Below, piece by piece: positions 1 to 13,395 of a stretch of DNA of 64,000 nucleotides. This DNA is from Dimorphilus gyrociliatus. Lineage: Eukaryota > Animalia > Annelida. Each line of letters starts with the position of its first letter. Positions within the stretch are counted from its first letter, which is position 1. The notes under the pieces are model-generated. The model ran no database searches. It saw nothing but the letters and a program-made list of their open reading frames with translations, and was not told the DNA's origin. The stretch lies in NCBI GenBank assembly GCA_904063045.1, contig CAJFCJ010000028.1, forward strand, positions 625,230 through 689,229, in the 5' to 3' direction. A program made the position numbers and the translations under genes.

Positions 1-2439
1 AAATATTGTATTATTGTAAACAAATCCATATGTATAATTTCTTGATAATACTAAAAAAGGTCGAGAATTACTGTTACATAAGAATATATAGATTTATATA
101 TATAGTATTCTATAGTCAAAATAGATTTTATGACATTAAATATTTTTTGTCCATCTTTTTTTTCTCTTTTGTTTTTTTTTTTTTAAAAAAAAATGCTCTA
201 ATTTCAATAAAGCAAAAAAGAAAAGAGCGAAAAGAATAAGAAAGACAAGATATATAGAAATAATACTAAGATGCTCTCTTCTATTCTTCTTATTCTTCTT
301 TTTCCTTATATTCAAGCCATAAATTAAGTAGAATGCCCGTTGAAAAAAATTCTTTTAGGAATTGATCATCAATTCTTTCGTATTTTAGCGATTCCCTTCT
401 ACCAATACTATTTCATAATCTTACAGTTTTTTCTTCTTGTATCTAGATATACCAAGTTTAAAATATATCTATAAGAGAGGGTCAATTTTCTAATAAATAA
501 TAAGCTAATTTACCTTTACTTTTTGTATTTATCGATAAAAAAGAAAAGATAACAAGGGAATATGAATTTGACTTAGTGCTTTTTTTTTATATTATATTAT
601 TAAGAGTAGAGGAAGAAGAATAGATAGATTGAATGAATAGGGGGGGAGGGGACAAAAAAACAAAAAAGAAGAAAAGAAGGATGATCAATAATAAAAAATT
701 TTGATTATAGATTTCTCAGCAAAAATGTATAAAGATCGATTACTTTTCATATCACAGATGGAGTTAACTACTTTAAATTATTGATGTGCAAATGTTTTTT
801 AATCTTATTTCTTTTTTCTTTTCGCTCAACCGTAAAAAAATGGCAGCAAAAAAAATCTGCAATGTTTATTTTATATATCAAAACTTATATACACCATTCA
901 AACATATGTGTTAGAAATAAAACAATAAAGAGAACGATGGCTAGATTTCGCGATTAAAGATAATAATGATTTTTTTTAATCATCTAAACAAATAAAGAGT
1001 TTTTCAACAGAGAAAAAAAAGAATCAATAGAAAAATGTTGTTTTTTTTCTTTTTTTTTCCACGAGTAGTTAAACTCTATGTTGTATTTTAAGGAATAAGA
1101 AGACTGGTTACAGAGATAGAAACAGAGACAGATATTTATGCAACTTCACATATTTTACAACGTCTAAATGGCCTTTTTTGGCCCCATTTACATATATTAT
1201 TCAAGTGTATCAAAGGCATAAAGTGTTACATCCTTGTTTATCTACGTTAATAGAAATCTATAGAATACTTTTTAAGTTCTATTCGGGTTACGTTGATGTG
1301 AAAGTTGGCTTAGGGAAACGATCAATGGTCTCGTTTTTTTTTCACTGTTTACTTATCGTGTTTAAAATAGGTTGGAAAAAATTTTACATTTATGAAAAGT
1401 TTTATTCTTCTTAATCAATTAGGCCTAAATTGTAATGTACAATATATTCATCAATCACGCGCAATAAAACTAGCATAGAGAGAGAGAGAGGGAGAGAGGA
1501 AGGGAGATGAGAACAATCAAATCTTTTCTCATTATTTTTTTTATTATATAGAAATCAATTAAATAAGTTTAGAAATTGAACAATTACATATTTTATTATC
1601 CTCTAAAGCTGATTCGGCCTATAAATTAATTAAATAGTATATTTCTACTATTTAATACTTTCCGGGTTAGTTAAAAGAGAAAATAAAAACGAAAGATAGG
1701 AGAATTGATCACAAGATAGGCTGAGACCTTAAGAGAGAAAGATAGAAGAAGATAAATTACAGGAGCGAAAAGTTTGTTTATAAATGTTAATAAAAGAAAT
1801 ATAGTATTAAGTTTAAACAGTGTTCATTAATTGTATAAATTAATTAAAACTGCGAATTTCACTGTTATTTATTAGGTAATCTAATTCATTGTCTTTCATT
1901 TAATCATTTACTATACGGTATTTTCTGTATAAAATGTTTATGATGGATATATAGATATATACAAACACTAAGTATGGATATATAGTGTATTTAATCGTCA
2001 TCTTATCCCCTCTTATTTAATAAACCGTCAAGGAAACGAAAATATTGTACAGTATTTTACGTAACTGAATAGATAATCTATAAATTTAAGCCTACAAATA
2101 AACGAAAATTAATCAATTAATCCTTTAAAACTTGACAAATACCCGAATGATCTTATTATCTGTTCTCATTTTCGCATCAATGGTTTATGGTGTTCAGATA
2201 CATATATATATATATATATTTTTTGTAATACTTAATGCATATCTGTATAGAGAAGACTGAAGAAGCAGGCTCTTATTTTCTAATTTCTAAAATTATACAG
2301 CAACGGAAAAAACAACAATTATGACCCTAAAATATGAATATTATCATATTAAAAAAATCTATAAGTAATCTTATGAATATATTCGCACATATTCATCTTA
2401 TCGATCAAACTATTTTCTTCTATTTTTTGTCAGTCAATG

Positions 2440-2700
2440 CTACCGAGCTGTCCGTATCGATCGCGCCCGCCAAACTCTACAAACTAGGCCTATTTCGTTT
2501 GTCTACGCGTTGCGGGCGTTAATGCGGCCGCACAATTTTCTCTCTCTCTCTCTCTTTCTCTCTCTCAGTCTGTCCATGTAGCTGTCTGCCCCTTCCCCCC
2601 CCCCCCCCCTTATTTTTTTCTTTCTCCAACTAGTCCATTCTATTCCATTCATTTTGTCTGTCATAGTTAGGGCCAAATAGTGTGTATATGAGTGACTGCG
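2440..2700 (+). promoter_or_regulatory. GC-rich patch with candidate non-coding exon 2569-2700
   Basis: E2F-like GCGCCCGCCAAA (2463-2474), GCGGCCGC, (CT)n tract ending CAG at 2568, a C-run, and donor CG|GTAGGT at 2701. Confidence 0.3.
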
Positions 2701-5700
2701 GTAGGTTAATGAAAGTACAGGCTTATATATAATAATATACAGTATAAACTGCATTATAAGCGGTAAAATATCGGATCATTTTTGCAATAATTGTGTTTTT
2801 AGCCCATAAATTTCTAATTTTTTCTCATGATAGTAAAAGAACAAGAAAGATAATTAAGGAATTTTTGTTTCATTTACTATTTTGTTTCGAGTATGTAAAG
2901 CTACAACAAGAATATACATATATATTCATGTTTTTGTCATATACTGTATTATTCTAATTATTGTTATTTATTATATACCTGTATATAGAGATTTTTTTTG
3001 CTATCTGTTCAATGTTTTATATGAATTTTATCTCATATTGTTACGTTTTTAATAAATATTTAATGAATAGGAGAGGTAAAAGATATCAAACAAAAAGCAA
3101 AAATGTATAAATATATAGATATAGTTAAACTATATATTGTACACATATAAAGTTATAAGGTATACCATATTTATTTATTAATGTATCTAAATAAACATGC
3201 ACAAATAGAATTGAATTAGGAAATTGAAAGATAAGGATTCGAGGAAAAAGAAATAGAACACAAAATATATGTATAAAAAAAATATAAAAATTTTCTACCA
3301 CTCCATGTCGTCTCCCTCCCTCTTTCCAATCGATATACGCTTGGAGTTTGTAGGCCTAGTAGTGTTATAGAAGAAAAAGTAGCTCTCGCTGTTTGTTTGG
3401 TTTGTCAAGCGAAAAAAAACCACTGTGGCGCGGAGTAAGAAAATTTTCTTCGTTGAAAAGGTCAGCTTGTTATTTGCTGAACCTTTTCACTTTTTTTCGG
3501 AAGAGAAACATTAAAATCGTTTGGAAAATAATATTATACGGACAGTATATTCGTATACTGCATATATTCTGTATATATCTTTGTACCCCATATAATTCAT
3601 TGATGTCTTGTCATAGGTCTTTAGAATTAGCGCATATTGTCAAGTAGACGCCATTAGCAAAAAAATTTCGTGACCTATACTATTTCAGGAATCATATTGA
3701 GCATGCGCAACTCAAGATGAACTATTAATACTTGATAATGTTACCATTAATTGGACATACGACACTGATTACAAAATTTAGTTTCCATATGCAGTTGATG
3801 TTTACTAATTTTATCGCTTGTGAAAATAATTTTATAGTAAGTGTGGAATTGGTACTTTCCGAGATGGACTTGTCTTATTTAGAAGCCCCTTAGTCAATGA
3901 CAGTCTAAATAATATACATTAGCAGAATCAATAACAGTTTTTAAGAGGAATATATCTTTAATGATGAACCGAGAAGATTGCTTTATATATCCTTAATAGG
4001 CAGTTAGATAGGAAGAAGATAAAAAAAATAAATTACATATCAACTACATGTATACTGAATAAACAATAGTTTTATTTCTATATTTATAGAAAAAAGAGCG
4101 TGTGTGCAATATTTTCCTAGCCTTCCTATATATTTCTTTTTTAGTGCAAGAAGGGAGTAACAACAATAAAGAAAAGTAGACTACTCATCGTACACATTCG
4201 TACACATACGCACGCACGTTTATATATATATGCATACGCTTACATGCTTTCATACTTTGCACACTTCTATACTCTTTCTGCAATCATACATGCAGAAATG
4301 AGATAGATATTTTTCTGTATAATTAACTAAAATTACTAAATTTTATTTAGCCACCATTGCTTTTCGGTCAATAGAGACGTCTTGCTGTTCTGAGGCTTGA
4401 CGTCCATATCGTTATTGATCAAGTCATATATTAAAAGCATTCAATATACTACATCAATTGTTATTGATTAATTGTAAACAATAGAGAATGAAATCTATAT
4501 TGTTTTGTAAATAATTATAATAAAGTCTAAGAGAAGAGGAAAAGAACTACTAATACTTTAGTAGCAGCTTAATACGCTCTATTTAGTGTATCATACATAC
4601 TGAATCCGAGACAAGCTTACGTACATATTGAGAGAATTTTCCCCTAGGTATACTTAATTTTTAATGAGGTTCGAATCGAAGATAAACGAACCTCCTGTAT
4701 GAGAAAATAAATAAACGACACCGATAAACTCTGACCTTGTCCATTCGATGAATAGCTTTGCTGTATGGTATATTAAATAAAACGGATGAAAGGCTTGGTA
4801 AATGTATAGGGGGGAATATTTGGGTATTATCCGTCTGTAAAATATCGATAAGGCGAAAATACCCTGTCAATTTTCTACTGATTTTTGCTTAGACGCTTTT
4901 TGACGTCCAATTCAATAGTAACTCTCTCTGTTTTTTCTCTCTCTCCTCCATCCCCGTCTAGTCCTAGCATTGTTCTAATAACAGTACATCAACGTCCAAA
5001 TCAGTGCGACGCCCACAAGAAGGCCTCTGGGAAGAAGATTGAGCGCATTTACAAAAATAATTATGGCATTGGTCTTATTAAATAAAAAACAGTTTGCCTT
5101 TATTACGTAAAAAAAAATTGTAATGACTATAGGCCTAGCGAGGCGGTAACTTGTTTGCCTTCTAATGATTTGTTTACATTTGCTACTGTAACGTCTCACC
5201 CCGACTATTCTCTATAAATACACTAAACTCGCTATTAGTTAAAAAAAGGTTACGAATAGTTTCTCCTGTTGGAATTTTCTCTATAATGACTAGCGGTATT
5301 ATAATAGATAGAAGGAGATTGTCCGATTTTATTAATAATAAATGAATTAAGGTAAAGAAAGGAAGAAGAAAAACGGGAGATTGAGACATCGCTAGAGGGT
5401 GATCCTTCTTTCTACGGAGACAATTTAATACGTATGAAACAATGAGAATTTTTCCCAATCTCTTATTTATGCTCCATGATTTACGTTACCAATGTGGACT
5501 CTATATACTTTATCTTTCCATCTGATTACACGACGGACTATGTTACATGACAAACTATCTTTTTAATTCAAGCTGCTATTGTAAAGAAGTAGAAGGAGAA
5601 GATTAAACAGAAAAGTATTTGAAAGAGAAAACACGAAAAGATCTATAGGTTAACTTACAACGTGATAAAATTCTTGAATTAAGGGTTAACTTGCTGAAAG

Positions 5701-6609
5701 AATCTATTTGAAAAGCCAACAAAAGCCTATCTTCAATTTATTCCTATCCGTTAAGGAATATTTTTTTTGTTTAGGGGGCACCCTCCCGTCAAAGCATGCG
5801 GATATTGGACGCCTCTTTATTTAAGGATGTTGAAAAACGCCGAGGCGTCTATCTTGATTTCCTTTTCTATTCTTTAGAGTTCGGCCAAAAAATTTATTCA
5901 AAATTGAAGTCTATTTTAGTTATACAATTTCCTTAGCGATATAGACTGGAACGAGTCGTATTGTTAACGCTAATGATGTATGACCCATCGGCTTTTTAAG
6001 TAAGAATTTTTACAACTCCACAGAGGTCAGACTACTTTACTCAGGTTGTGCCGAGAGCTAATCTTTCTTGACTTTAAATCTAACACCATCAATTTTAATA
6101 GAAAAACACGTCCTCATTTAATTTTCGCCTTTTCGATTAAATGTAAATTGGATACCTGATTAAATACCATAAAAAAAGAATGTATTAAGACTAAATACGA
6201 AAAGAGATTAAAGACATTCCTTTTTTGATTTCTCATCTTGAAAGATACTGTATGTGCAGATATATATATATATATAAATTTATACATAGATGTATATATT
6301 AATAAATGTCTCAAGGTGTTCGCATATGATATAGACTTGTATATAACATCGGGGCTTGCTCAAATTCATTTATAAATATGTAGTGTTTATGAAATTAGCT
6401 TTATAGATTAAAAAGGGAAAGTTAATAGGCTGTACATTATTTATTAAAACCTATCCTCTTCTCATATTATCCTTTATAGGACAACACTTTCCAGTAAAAG
6501 TCGATTTTGGTCATTTTTTTTTTGTTACCTTTTCTTCAATATTTTCCTTGTTCCTTTTTATCTTGTTTTAGAATTAAATATTTTTGTAACGTAACGAAAT
6601 AATTCCCCA

Positions 6610-6910
6610 GTGCCATCTGCAGCTAATAACATCCCCAAGGCCGTAATATATCAGACACCCGCTGAACGTAATAAAAAGAGTAATTTGGGTCACGTGATTT
6701 TCAGTTTTTTTATGCAAGAAAACATGAACTTCACTTACAGACATTGAATTTATAATTTTCTCGCTCACGAGATTTTGGTAAATAAATTTATACCGAAAAT
6801 ATTACATTTTTAATCGCGCCATCTGTTGGTCATAATTTGTTTATATAACATTTTTTTGATCCGTAAAATAGGTAAAATTCTTAGAGGATAGTATATAAAG
6901 GTCACGTGAC
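6610..6910. promoter_or_regulatory. Cis-regulatory cluster: two reverse-strand CTCF-like motifs and two GTCACGTG E-boxes
   Basis: TGCCATCTGC at 6611, GCGCCATCTGTTGG at 6816-6829 (reverse complement CCAACAGATGGCGC), GTCACGTG at 6689 and GTCACGTGAC at 6901. Confidence 0.5.
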
Positions 6911-8050
6911 TATCTTATGTATTTTTGCAGTTGGCCGAAGGAACACACCTGCTCGTACTTTTTTTTTTCTATATATTTTTGCTGCACATTAATAAAAAAC
7001 CGCCTTTAGCGGTAACGAATATTGCAAACACGTTTTGCAGCTCCTTCAGGGAATTCTCCGAATATTTATCGATTATTCCTACTGTGTGCAAAGGAGAGAG
7101 TATACGACGTGACTCCATCCAACAAAAGTAGTAGTAATTAGCATATATTAAGGATACGGGAAGCTTGGAGATCGATGCTTGATCAAAAAATGAAACTTAA
7201 ATTAATTGAGTGGAAGAAAAAGTCTAGCAATTAGTATAAACTTTTTTTTTGTTTAATTATGCAACATATTTAGGAAGATAGAGGAGAATTAATTAAAAAT
7301 GCATATGTATTGCAAAGAGTAGTGAAAAGATTGAGGTAGAAATCACTGCGCGTGACAAACTGAATTTATCCCGCAAAATAATAATTTTTTCGCTCAATCC
7401 AGTCCATAAATTATACAGTAGATCATTTTAAAATCACTGCCACCAATATAATTTTTCCACCCTCTCGTACCCTTTGTTGCTCTTTGTACCTCTTCTGTAT
7501 TTCTTCTCTATCCTTCTTGTCTTCCCTCTTTCTTACTGTCCTCCGCCCCCCTGCCCTCCTCCCTCTTATGTCGTCTCTTTATTTTTCTCTCTTTCTTCTT
7601 TCTTGTGCCTTAGAGCGCTAAATAAGCTTTACGCAAAAAGCTGCAAAATTTTGCTGTTAGGTACTAGTATCGCGTGATACGGGTCGTAGCTCACTCTTGC
7701 AAAAATGTACTATGTTTTTTTTTTTGCAGTTTTATAAGCCTACTTTCAGAAAAAGGGTGTAAAATGCGTAATTTATGTGAATATAAAAGGCCTTGAAAAG
7801 CCGTTTGTTCCTAAAAACTGTTTACAACTTTAATGCAATTGATTGTGGTCAAGCCTTTTATACGCTTATTTACTTATCGATCAGGTTCTCTAGTACAGCA
7901 ATCTTTCACTTTCCAAATTTCCCCTCTCTCCCTTCCTTTCCACTTCCCACTCTACTCCAATTGAGTTTTAGCATATATATATAATAAAAAGTCGTGAAAA
8001 AGAAACACAAGATTACAAAAAGTATTGAAAGGAGGGGGAAAAAGGTGTAA

Positions 8051-8151
8051 AGAAGGTGATGGAAAAGCAAGTTCTTTTTTATAGTTAAGGTTGATGGAAT
8101 AGCGTTTCTTTTTTATAGCTAAGGTTGATGGAATAGCGTTTCTTTTTTATA
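8051..8151. repeat. 34-bp minisatellite, 3 copies (first degenerate)
   Basis: Unit (t/c)taaggttgatggaatagcgtttcttttttatag at 8085-8118 and 8119-8151; diverged copy at 8051-8084. Confidence 0.9.
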
Positions 8152-8504
8152 AAGCGATATACAGCACGAAAACGTGCGAATAGTTGCTCCAGTTTGAGAT
8201 ATTCGTTAATAAGAGAGACAGAGGGGGAAGGAATGGGGCAAGGGGCAAAGGAGTGGTAAAGAGAGAACGAGAGGGGCTACGGGGTAAGGGAAAGAGAAAA
8301 TTGGTTCGGAAAAATAGAATATAAAGTTAATAGAAGTGGAAAATATTTTTCCGGGTTATAAGAAAGATTTCGGTCCAGCAACGATAAATATTTATATAGA
8401 AAAGAGGTTTTGATGCTCAAACAGGCTTTTAATTCGAGTGTGGCGGGTTTGTTTAACAACTATATAAAAACACGTAGACGTACGGGCATAGTCATATACA
8501 CACG

Positions 8505-8561
8505 CACACACACACACACACACACATATACAGTATATATATATATATATATATATATATA
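8505..8561. repeat. Compound (CA)n/(TA)n microsatellite
   Basis: Read directly from the sequence. Confidence 0.95.
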
Positions 8562-8648
8562 CGTACGGGTATATAGCATATTATATCATCTGCAGTTTAA
8601 TGATGTATTAAATATACTCTGTAATTACATTTTTGTATTCGTTTACAG

Positions 8649-8688
8649 CTTCGATACTCCATAGAAGAGTGAAACTTGTATATTTGCG
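8649..8688 (+). other. Candidate 40-nt non-coding 5' UTR exon of PCBP
   Basis: Acceptor ttttgtattcgtttacAG and consensus donor CG|GTAAGT at 8689. Confidence 0.35.
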
Positions 8689-9041
8689 GTAAGTTGATTC
8701 ATCTTTATATTTTTTTGCAGTTTTATTCTTTCGATAATAACCCTCACCCTTTTCTCAATCACGTCTGATAAAAGAAACAGACAGAAGCACACATGTGCTA
8801 TTAATTATTATAAAACAGTTGTGTAGTTTTGCCTCACTCTCTTTTCACCTGCCTAGCTCTATCTAGTTGCAGCAGTTCGCAGTTTTTCACCTGCGACGGC
8901 GATATCTATATAATAAAGGCAAAAATATCTAATGGAGAATGATAGAAAGTCTAAGTAGGCTATATATCTGCTAAAGCTTTTTAATAGATACAATTTTATA
9001 AAGTCTCTTCACTGTTACGAGATGTTTAACAAAGCAAGAAT

Positions 9042-9043
<2 letters not shown>

Positions 9044-9083
<40 letters not shown>
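9044..9083. repeat. (CT)n microsatellite, ~20 units
   Basis: Read directly from the sequence. Confidence 0.95.
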
Positions 9084-9089
<6 letters not shown>

Positions 9090-12000
9090 CACTCTTCTTC
9101 CATCCGCCGAAATGCTGTTTGAAAATTTTTTAATAAGTAATTAGCAGTCTATAAATTCATTATTTTCATTGGAATCTAGTAAAATCTTAACGGTTCGTTA
9201 AAGAATTCCATAAAATTTGCATTAAAATACATGTACAGGATTTTACTTATAGGGAGAATAATCAATTAAATCTTAACGTTGCTAATAATTTATGGAATGT
9301 CAAATTTTAACCCTACCAATCGACAACTATTATAAACTATTATTATGGTAAAAAAAAATTGATAATCCGTTTTATTAATACCTATATTGCGCTTAATAAG
9401 ACAAATAAATTGGTGGTGAAAAAAAATTGGGTCATGCGTTACAAATTACAAATTTTGAGTCAGTAAAGCAAAATTTTACAGATAATGCCAAGAAAAAAAT
9501 TCGTAATATCTGTAAAATTACATTCCTTTTCTTTTTCTTTTAATTATAAATGACTTTTTAACTGTTTACTTTTTATTTTTATAAGAGTCAAATTATTTTT
9601 ATACTGTGGTATATACATTCTTTTTTTTTATACAATTGTTAATTATTGAAAGGCTAAATAATGCAATTCTCTATTTCTCTGCAGTTTCTATCTTTGAAAA
9701 GAGGTTAATAGAATAGTTTTTTCTTTGCTCTTTCTTTCTCTCTTTCTCTCTCTCTCTTTAGTCTCTTACTGGTCTTTATTAATATAACAAAATAAAACTG
9801 GAACTAATAATTAAATTTTTGATCTTCACTGAATCAGAAAAGCTATGCCAAAGCCGTTTCTTTTAATCTATTGAATACAGATATTTCTATTTTATGTTTT
9901 GATAAAGAAGTGAAGGCATTGACTGAAGTTTAATAAGATTATTACTGCAGATATTATCATATTTCTCATCTTTTAAATTAGACTAAAAACGAGATGATAA
10001 AACAAAAAATCTACTCTGATTTTTACGTTGCTTTATGAAAGTAAAATAAATAGAGCGAGAACGATAGAAAGATAGGAGTAACGTGTGATTTTTTTTAGGG
10101 AAAACTAAAAAGTGAACAGGGTGAGATAGAGATAGTGAGAGAGGAGAGGGAAAGAAGAGGCGGAGGAGGAGGGGGAGTATAAAGGGAAGTTCGATAAAAG
10201 TATAAATACTGCATTATGTGTACACACTCCATATAGATACTTATAAATATATATCTATATATATATATATGTATATATATATATAGCATATACAATATAT
10301 GTATACAAATTATAGTAAGATCAACTCAACAATCCGCTTGCCAATTTATATTCTCCTATTGCAAACGAAAATTGATTGAAATTGAATTTCACAGTAATGT
10401 AGGTTTGTTTTAAAAAATTAATGACTAAAACAGAATTAACTTTTTTTCTGTCTGTTGATCTAGGGTTAGGAGTACAGCCATCTAGCTTTGAATAAGCTAT
10501 AGAAAGCTTGATAGGCTTTATAAATGGATGAATAAATGTCATTATAAAACTGCATAGATTAAGGTCAGCATCTATACCTAGAAATATTCTTTTACGTGAT
10601 TTCCATTATACAATAAAGCTTCTCCTCTTTCCTCATTCCTCCTTAAATCCTATTGCTTTTCTAACTTCCTGTTTGAGATATCTAGTCTGAAAAGAATTTC
10701 TTGAAAATCACTTTATTCTTTTCTTTTTAAGTTTGCATAGTCTTTTTTTTTACCAAATATTAGCCCAAAATCTTTGGGAACTGCTTTGTTTATATTAATA
10801 TATTTATTACATAAATAAAAAGGAGTTTCTTTCTGCATTGCCTGAAACAATAATCAAGCCTTTACAAACCTATCCTTTTATCTATTGTATACATTAATGT
10901 ACAATACGGAAACCGATCAATGCACGTTTTTCAAGTCTGCACTTCCCACTGCAAACACTGCATCGAATTACAAAAGGTTTTTAGGCCAATTTGCGGTGTT
11001 TGTTTGTAATGTTATCGGATAGAAAGGCAGTCGTTAGACTAAAATATATAGACGGCAGTCAATTAGTGATAATTTTTCATCAAAAAATCAACAATAACGC
11101 CATCTTTCGGTTGTTTACCCGCAGTTCAACTCCCGACAAACAACGGAAAAGACAAATAACTGGATCTTATGCTATTAATTTTTTTTTGGAACAACCTGCA
11201 TATTTAAGGAACATATCTATTACTTTTTTTTTCATTTCTACAAACAAACTGCCAAACTGGAGGAACGCAAGGTAAGAATTTTTTTTCCTATAATATTCCT
11301 TTGTAACAAAGATAAATTATCTATGTTAACTTTCACACGTCCTTTTGGTAACCTTTATAAAGCCAGATTCCCACTATTCATTTACTTTATATATAGATAT
11401 ACACTATTTGTAATATACGTATACACTTGTGTATATTATATATTTATATAGGATATATATTTACATAGAATATGTATATATATAGATGATTTTATGATAT
11501 TTTGTTCAGAAAAGAAATCCTTTAAAAGGAAAAAATAAAGACTAGCGTTAGTACCGTAATATAAAAGCGTTACTTTCTGATAGAGAAGTTGGAAATCGCT
11601 AAGGTTTCTTCTATGATGTTCCTTCTATATTATACAGCTTATCAAAACGTTCTGATAGATACTGTTCATTGTTACAGTTTGTTTGCTTTGTTGAATAATT
11701 GAAATATTTTCATCAATTATTTTGGGTTTAGCTTTGTACTCATGAAAAAGCAATTACTCAACGCTGTAATCGGATAACAAACGGAATAAAAATAAAGATG
11801 AACGTTTAGATATATGTGAATATCTATGATTTCTTTAAGGACTTTTTGAACGTATACTAATGTCGGTTTATTCTGATAATATAGTAGGCCTGCAGTTAAT
11901 GTCTTTCAAGGCTTCATCAGCTGTAATCACAAATTAATCTATTCCGTTTAATAAGCAATAGACGCCCAAAGGGTATAGAGGAATAATCTTGGAATAAAAG

Positions 12001-13395
12001 CAAAGGAAACTATATAACCTTTCCAGTTGGATGCTACCCTGGACAAATCGATTAATAAGGGGGAAAAGTAATTACTTTGTCGGTAGACGGCGACACATAG
12101 GGTGTGAAGAGAAGGGCAGATGTAACAAAATCCAGTTCTTTCCATTATAATCGCCAAACAATAGGGGTTTCGCAGACTATCTTAAAATCTTAAAGGCTCA
12201 ATCGCAATGCAAGAATAATTTATTATTTATAGTAGCGTTCAACTGTATAAACTACCAGTTTCCTGTCTAACTTCTAACAGATAACCCCTTGCCAAGATTG
12301 ATAATTTTCCTATAAATGAAGCCATTTAGTAAGCTTTTGGCTCCCCACCAATGATCTTTGATCGCTTAAGACTTTAAAAGTCCCATAGAGGGGATGGCAA
12401 GTAAAGGGAGTAACTAACCACTCGAAAGAACTTAATCTGTATCCTTCTCTGCCTTGATTCTCTATAACGAGCCTCTCTTAGGTTCTCGAGGCTACGTTAG
12501 ATATTACATTAAACTATAACAAGCAACTATATTTGTCTCTTCTAAGTATATTCAGTCGGCAACGATGCTTAATACTGTTCGTTTACTTTTTCTCTCTAAA
12601 AGATGGCGTTATCAGTTGTTAATAGAGTATACATTCATTTAAGATTATGAGGAAACGACTATCGAATCAATTTTCAAATTAAATTGTTCATGGACTGCAG
12701 TAAAGCCGTTTAATTATTAAGTTAAGGAATAAAAGTCACTTATTGTTGTCTACAAGTTAATAAAAATGAAGAGGAAATTCTTTCTGTTACTGTAAAGTAC
12801 GATAGTCCTCTTTCAGTATATTGCATGTCAATCTTGCCTTCTATTTGTTTCTTATATTGCCAAGTTGAGACTTAATACGAAGCCTTAAAGACTCAGGTTG
12901 ATTGATATCAAGTGGGTTGTAAGCAGGGTCACCTAAACACATTAATATTATTTTTTTTGGTCAAGACATAGAAGCAGGAAACGTCTTTTCGTTTCTACAT
13001 TTTTAATAACGGTATATTGGAACCAAGCGAAACACGTGTGTGTAAGTTGTCAGTTAATCAAGCTTTATCCGAATTGAAAAAGCAATTTCCAGTCGTTTCT
13101 AGTTGGGTGTACTTCTTTTCCTGCTGTATCAGCCCTAAGAAGCTTTTTAAATTCATCAGCTTTAAGGTTAATCGGTCAAAGAAACTAATCGAAATAATTC
13201 CAGAAGTAACGTACCACCTGCACCTACTTATCCGCTGAATCCAGTACCTAGTTAATATCCTTTACAATAGTCACAGTAGGTACGCGTTATTAAACTGAAA
13301 GTAGCATAATCAATTCTTTCAATAAGTTCCTTTATCTTTTTCAATGTTCAATACTTTGTTTTTTTCAATTTCGGCGGGAACAATTAAACCTTAAA

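Noticed and set aside
4668-4677. GGTTCGAATC, a tRNA T-loop/B-box-like motif
   Set aside because: No A-box, acceptor stem or cloverleaf in the flanks.
8221-8295. G-rich tracts (also 29875-29940) as G-quadruplex/i-motif candidates
   Set aside because: Fewer than four G3 runs within short loops; purine-rich low-complexity patches are common on both strands here.
6-10542. Numerous 60-94 aa ORFs in the track
   Set aside because: Low-complexity I/Y/F/K-rich translations of AT-rich and microsatellite DNA, many with TTG/GTG starts that are not meaningful in a eukaryote.
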